Shown here one piece after another: positions 17,444 to 21,016 of a DNA stretch of 21,016 nucleotides. The stretch covers positions 1-21,016 of the forward strand of contig JBEKHC010000090.1 in the NCBI GenBank assembly GCA_050012475.1. The letters run 5' to 3'. A program made the position numbers and the translations under genes. This stretch comes from Candidatus Velthaea sp. GTDB taxonomy: Bacteria > Vulcanimicrobiota > Vulcanimicrobiia > Vulcanimicrobiales > Vulcanimicrobiaceae. Position 1 is the stretch's first letter, and each line of letters opens with the position of its first letter. Under the pieces are notes generated by a model. The model saw only the letters and a program-made list of their open reading frames with translations, searched no databases and was not told the DNA's origin.

Positions 17444-18880
17444 ATGCAGCCCCTTCTCGAGCGTTATGCGCGCGTTGACTTTTACGATGAATTCTCTGAC
17501 GACGTCGGCGTCCCGCGTTCCCACTATGTCGGACTTGCTCGAACGTTGCGCTCGATCGATTGGACTGACTTTCAGCATCGCGTCGCAACTGTCAACGCCG
17601 TGCTGCTGCAGCGAGGGGTGACCTTTACCGTCTACGCCGACGCTCGCGGGACCGAGCGCATCATGCCGTTCGATCTCATCCCCCGCATCGTGCCCGGCAA
17701 CGAATGGTCGCTCCTGCGCCGCGGAATTTCACAGCGCGTCTATGCGCTCAATGCCTTTTTGGCCGACGTCTACGGTCCGCAGAAAATCCTCACCGATCGC
17801 GTGGTGCCCTGGGAACTGGTGTATTCCTCGCTGTTCTTCTGTCGCGAGATGATCGGCCTCAAGCTGCCGCACGACGTCTACATCCACGTCTCGGGAATCG
17901 ACCTGATTCGCGGCCGCGACGGGACGTACTACGTGCTCGAAGACAATCTGCGCACGCCTTCGGGCATCTCGTACGTGCTCGAGAATCGCGACGTACTCAA
18001 GCGCTCCTTTCCGCGGTTGTTCGAGCACTATCAGCCGCTGCCCGTCGACGACTATCCGCGCCGGCTGCGCGCCGCGCTGACCAACGCTGCCCCGTACGGC
18101 AACGTCGAACCGACGATCGTGCTGCTCACGCCGGGTATTTATAACTCGGCCTACTTCGAGCACACGATGTTGGCCCGGCGCATGGGCGTCGAGCTCGTCG
18201 AGGGTCACGATCTCATCGTGCGCGACAATATCGTCTACATGAAGACGACCAAGGGGACGCAGCGCGTCGACGTCATCTACCGCCGCGTCGACGACGACTT
18301 CATCGACCCGCTCTATTTTCGCGCCGACTCAACGCTGGGGGTCGCCGGCTTGATGGATGCCTATCGCTCGGGGAACGTGGTGCTGGCCAACGCTGTGGGC
18401 ACCGGTGTCGCCGACGACAAGGCGGTCTATCCGTTCGTGCCGGCGATGATCAAGTATTATTTGGGCGAAGATCCGATTCTCCCCAACGTGCCGACCTTCG
18501 ATTGCAACGACGAACTTCAGCGGCGCCACGTCCTCGGGCATCTCGAGGAACTCGTGGTGAAAAATACCAATCAATCCGGCGGATACGGCATGCTCATGGG
18601 TCCGTCGTCGACCCGGATCGACCGGGAGAAATTCCGCGCGGCCATCGAAGCTTCGCCGCGCGAGTTCATCGCGCAGCCCATCGTCCCCCTATCCTGTCAT
18701 CCGACGATCGTCGGCGAAGACATCGCTCCCCGCCACATTGACTTGCGGCCCTACGTCCTTTACGGCGCCGAGGTCGACGTTCCGGCGTGCGCGCTCACGC
18801 GCGTCGCGCTGCGCGAGGGTTCGCTCGTCGTGAACTCTTCGCAAGGCGGCGGCAGCAAAGATACGTGGATCCTCGATTGA
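17444..18880 (+). CDS. Circularly permuted type 2 ATP-grasp protein
   Basis: GVTFTVY, PFDLIPR, GIDLIR, VLEDNLRTPSGISYVLENR, LTPGIYNSAYFEH, VDVIYRRVDDDFIDPL, NAVGTGVADDKA, GGYGML, RHIDLRP, LVVNSSQGGGSKDTW. Confidence 0.95.
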   Translation: MQPLLERYARVDFYDEFSDDVGVPRSHYVGLARTLRSIDWTDFQHRVATVNAVLLQRGVTFTVYADARGTERIMPFDLIPRIVPGNEWSLLRRGISQRVYALNAFLADVYGPQKILTDRVVPWELVYSSLFFCREMIGLKLPHDVYIHVSGIDLIRGRDGTYYVLEDNLRTPSGISYVLENRDVLKRSFPRLFEHYQPLPVDDYPRRLRAALTNAAPYGNVEPTIVLLTPGIYNSAYFEHTMLARRMGVELVEGHDLIVRDNIVYMKTTKGTQRVDVIYRRVDDDFIDPLYFRADSTLGVAGLMDAYRSGNVVLANAVGTGVADDKAVYPFVPAMIKYYLGEDPILPNVPTFDCNDELQRRHVLGHLEELVVKNTNQSGGYGMLMGPSSTRIDREKFRAAIEASPREFIAQPIVPLSCHPTIVGEDIAPRHIDLRPYVLYGAEVDVPACALTRVALREGSLVVNSSQGGGSKDTWILD

Positions 18881-18914
18881 TGGCACCCTTGACGCACGAT
18901 TGCGAGGCTGGCTG

Positions 18915-19850
18915 ATGCTCTCACGCGTGGCCGAATCGCTCTACTGGATGAGCCGCAACATCGAACGCGCCGAATCGCTGGCGCGCATCATCGACGTCGC
19001 GTTCAACCGCACCGTCGACCGCCTGGCCGCGGGCAGCGAAGACGCGCGACGCGTTTGGTCGAGCGTGCTCGAGCTGGCCGGCGGACCCGAGGACGTTCCC
19101 ACCTTCGAGGGCCCGACGCTGGCCAACGACGCGTTCACCTACGGCACGTTTTCGACCGAGAACCGCAGTTCGGTGATCTCGTGCATTCGGATCGCAAGGT
19201 CGAACGCGCTGGGCGTGCGGGCCGAACTGACGACCGAAGTTTGGGAAACGATCAATTCCATGTACCTCTTCGTCGAAGCTCAGTCGCCGCGCGCGATCGC
19301 CCGCGAAGGCCCGTCGTCGTTTCTGCGCAAGGTGCGCGATGCCGCGCAATCATTCGGCGGCATCGTGGATGCAACGATCACGCACGACGACGAATGGACC
19401 TTTTTGCAGATCGGCCGGTACTTGGAACGCGCCTCGATGACGACACGGATTCTCAAAACGCACGAACCTGGCGACGATTCCGCGCCCGAATGGCAGCGGT
19501 TGCTCGAGATGTGCTGCGCGAGCGAGCCGTTCGTGCGCACGCAGCGCCTGTCGTCGGATCCCAGCGAAGCCTTGGCGTTTTTGTTTCTCCACCGCAGCTT
19601 TCCGCGCTCGGTGCGCTTTTGCACGGGCAAGGTAGATCGCGCGCTGCATCGGCTCTCGGGGACGGCGATGGGCGCCTACAGCGACGAAGCGGAGCGGATC
19701 ACGGGGCGCCTGCAGGCGATGCTCGATTTCGTGCAGCTCGAAGAAATTCTCGATGAAGGCCCGACCAAGTTCAGCACGCGCATCGGCGCCCGGCTGGACG
19801 CCGTCAGCGCGGCCGTCCAAACGGCGTATTTTCCGCGCATCCTCGCATAA
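18915..19850 (+). CDS. Alpha-E domain-containing protein (DUF403)
   Basis: MLSRVAESLYWMSRNIERAE and GRYLERA (paired ER motifs), ARSNA...R..LTTEVWE.IN, FPRSVRFC. Confidence 0.93.
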   Translation: MLSRVAESLYWMSRNIERAESLARIIDVAFNRTVDRLAAGSEDARRVWSSVLELAGGPEDVPTFEGPTLANDAFTYGTFSTENRSSVISCIRIARSNALGVRAELTTEVWETINSMYLFVEAQSPRAIAREGPSSFLRKVRDAAQSFGGIVDATITHDDEWTFLQIGRYLERASMTTRILKTHEPGDDSAPEWQRLLEMCCASEPFVRTQRLSSDPSEALAFLFLHRSFPRSVRFCTGKVDRALHRLSGTAMGAYSDEAERITGRLQAMLDFVQLEEILDEGPTKFSTRIGARLDAVSAAVQTAYFPRILA

Positions 19851-19961
19851 CAGCAGGATTTGGCCCCCGAAGGGGGCCGAGCGGCGGGTTGCGAGCCTAG
19901 AGCCTAGTCCGAAGATAGAAACGTTTTTATTGCCCTTCTCCGAGCGAGTACATCGACAGCC

Positions 19962-20822
19962 TTGGAATTCACGATCCTGCATCAGACCACGTACCGCTAC
20001 CCGACCAAAGTTCACGAATCGTATATGGTCTGTCACCTGCAGCCGCTCAGCGATACGACGCAATATTGCACCAAATACGAGATTCACGTCGCGCCGCACG
20101 CGCGGGTATTCACGCACGTCGACCGATTCGGCAATCAAGTTCAGAACTTCGGCGTGTTGCCCGAACACGATGTCTTGTCGATCACGGCGCGTTCGTCGGT
20201 CGCAACCGTACGGCCGGCGCAGCCGGAGCCGAATCCGGGGGTGACGCGCGATGCGCTCCTGGGCGATCCGGACTTCGCGTCGATGTACGATTTTTTGCGC
20301 GAGAGCGCGTACGTCGCATTCGGTCCGGAACTGCGGGCGTTCGCGTCGCTGGTCGGCTCGCCCGAGGACGACCTCGACGCCTGGTTTGCTCATGCCGGCC
20401 GCGCCATCAAGGCCGGTTTCACGTACGACAAACACGCGACGAGCGTGCACACGACGGTCGATGAATCGATCCGCCTGCGCGGCGGCGTGTGCCAGGATTT
20501 TGCCCATATCCTCGTCGCGCTGTGCCGGTTTCACGCCATCCCGGCGCGCTACGTCAGCGGCTACATCTTCAGCGGCCAAGAAAGCGGAATTTTGGGCGCC
20601 GACTCCTCGCACGCATGGGCGGAGGCGTATCTCCCCCCATACGGCTGGGTGGGATACGATCCGACCAACGATCAACGCATCAGCGACGGCTTCGTCAAGA
20701 TCGCGGTCGGGCGGGATTATCGCGACGTGAGCCCGGTGCGCGGCGTGTACAAAGGCGCGCACGGCGGCGCGAGCAGCGAGCTTTCCGTCGACGTCGCCGT
20801 GGAGGCGCTGGCCGGCCAATAG
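19962..20822 (+). CDS. Transglutaminase-like protein with bacterial N-terminal domain
   Basis: HQTTYRY, DRFGN, catalytic triad GVCQDFAH / SHAW / GYDPTN, ARYVSGY, GRDYRDVSPVRG; TTG start. Confidence 0.93.
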   Translation: MEFTILHQTTYRYPTKVHESYMVCHLQPLSDTTQYCTKYEIHVAPHARVFTHVDRFGNQVQNFGVLPEHDVLSITARSSVATVRPAQPEPNPGVTRDALLGDPDFASMYDFLRESAYVAFGPELRAFASLVGSPEDDLDAWFAHAGRAIKAGFTYDKHATSVHTTVDESIRLRGGVCQDFAHILVALCRFHAIPARYVSGYIFSGQESGILGADSSHAWAEAYLPPYGWVGYDPTNDQRISDGFVKIAVGRDYRDVSPVRGVYKGAHGGASSELSVDVAVEALAGQ

Positions 20823-20829
20823 CCGTCGC

Positions 20830-20884
20830 GGCGGCGGGTCCGCCGCCCCTTTACGGATTGGTCGAGCGAAGCCGAGACCAATCC
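20830..20884. terminator. Tandem hairpins between convergent genes (probable terminator region)
   Basis: GGCGGCG-GGTC-CGCCGCC followed by CCTTTA (20830-20853), and GGATTGGTC-N12-GACCAATCC (20855-20884). Confidence 0.55.
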
Positions 20885-20885
20885 A

Positions 20886-21016
20886 TCAGGGCCGTTGCGG
20901 CTCCGCTAGAATCGTGTTCGTCACGTCATGACCCAGGACGATCGTTACGCTGTCGCGCCCGCGCTCTTCGGGCGAGGGCGACGACGAGAGCTGGGGCGAC
21001 GTCGTTCCGATCGTTT
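20886..21016 (-). CDS. 3' end of a gene entering from the right; possibly a LytR C-terminal domain (LCP-associated) protein
   Basis: Manual translation ...TSPQLSSSPSPEERGRDSVTIVLGHDVTNTILAEPQRP-stop; VTIVLGxD resembles the end of LytR_C domains. Confidence 0.45.
   Translation of the reverse strand, partial: TIGTTSPQLSSSPSPEERGRDSVTIVLGHDVTNTILAEPQRP

Noticed and set aside
18881..18896. Sigma54-like TGGCAC-N5-ACGCA before the alpha-E gene
   Set aside because: The -12 element is mismatched, it lies in a short intra-operon gap, and there is no evidence of an activator.
19350..20819. 489-aa minus-strand ORF
   Set aside because: Antisense shadow of the alpha-E and transglutaminase genes.
20906..21016. 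Plus-strand gene start after TAGAAT, or an in-frame TGA read-through
   Set aside because: The minus frame gives a better protein-like C-terminus (VTIVLGHD) ending at the hairpins; no redox motif or SECIS evidence.

Overview
High-GC bacterial chromosome segment; the style is consistent with a terrabacterial soil lineage such as Vulcanimicrobiota/Eremiobacterota (inference only). In order: 5' part of a sugar/sorbosone dehydrogenase-like lipoprotein (-), hisH-hisA (+), a membrane protein plus alanine racemase (-), groES-groEL (+) under tandem CIRCE operators, a structured leader and a ~1270-aa secreted protein with 8 two-Cys Ig-like repeats, a PS linker and a DUF11-like tip (+), a TetR gene divergent from a membrane protein/AAC(6')-like acetyltransferase pair, an AraC/VOC pair (-), a small secreted protein (+), a Zn-alcohol dehydrogenase (-), a small ORF (-), a galactokinase homologue missing its catalytic CGIMDQ loop (-), a DUF4126-like gene (-), a circularly permuted ATP-grasp/alpha-E/transglutaminase operon (+), and the 3' end of a LytR_C-like gene (-). 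No rRNA, tRNA, CRISPR array or transposase was seen. The best leads are the probable pseudo-galactokinase, the anchorless repeat protein with its GEMM-like leader, and the ATP-grasp/alpha-E/transglutaminase operon with its regulatory DNA.
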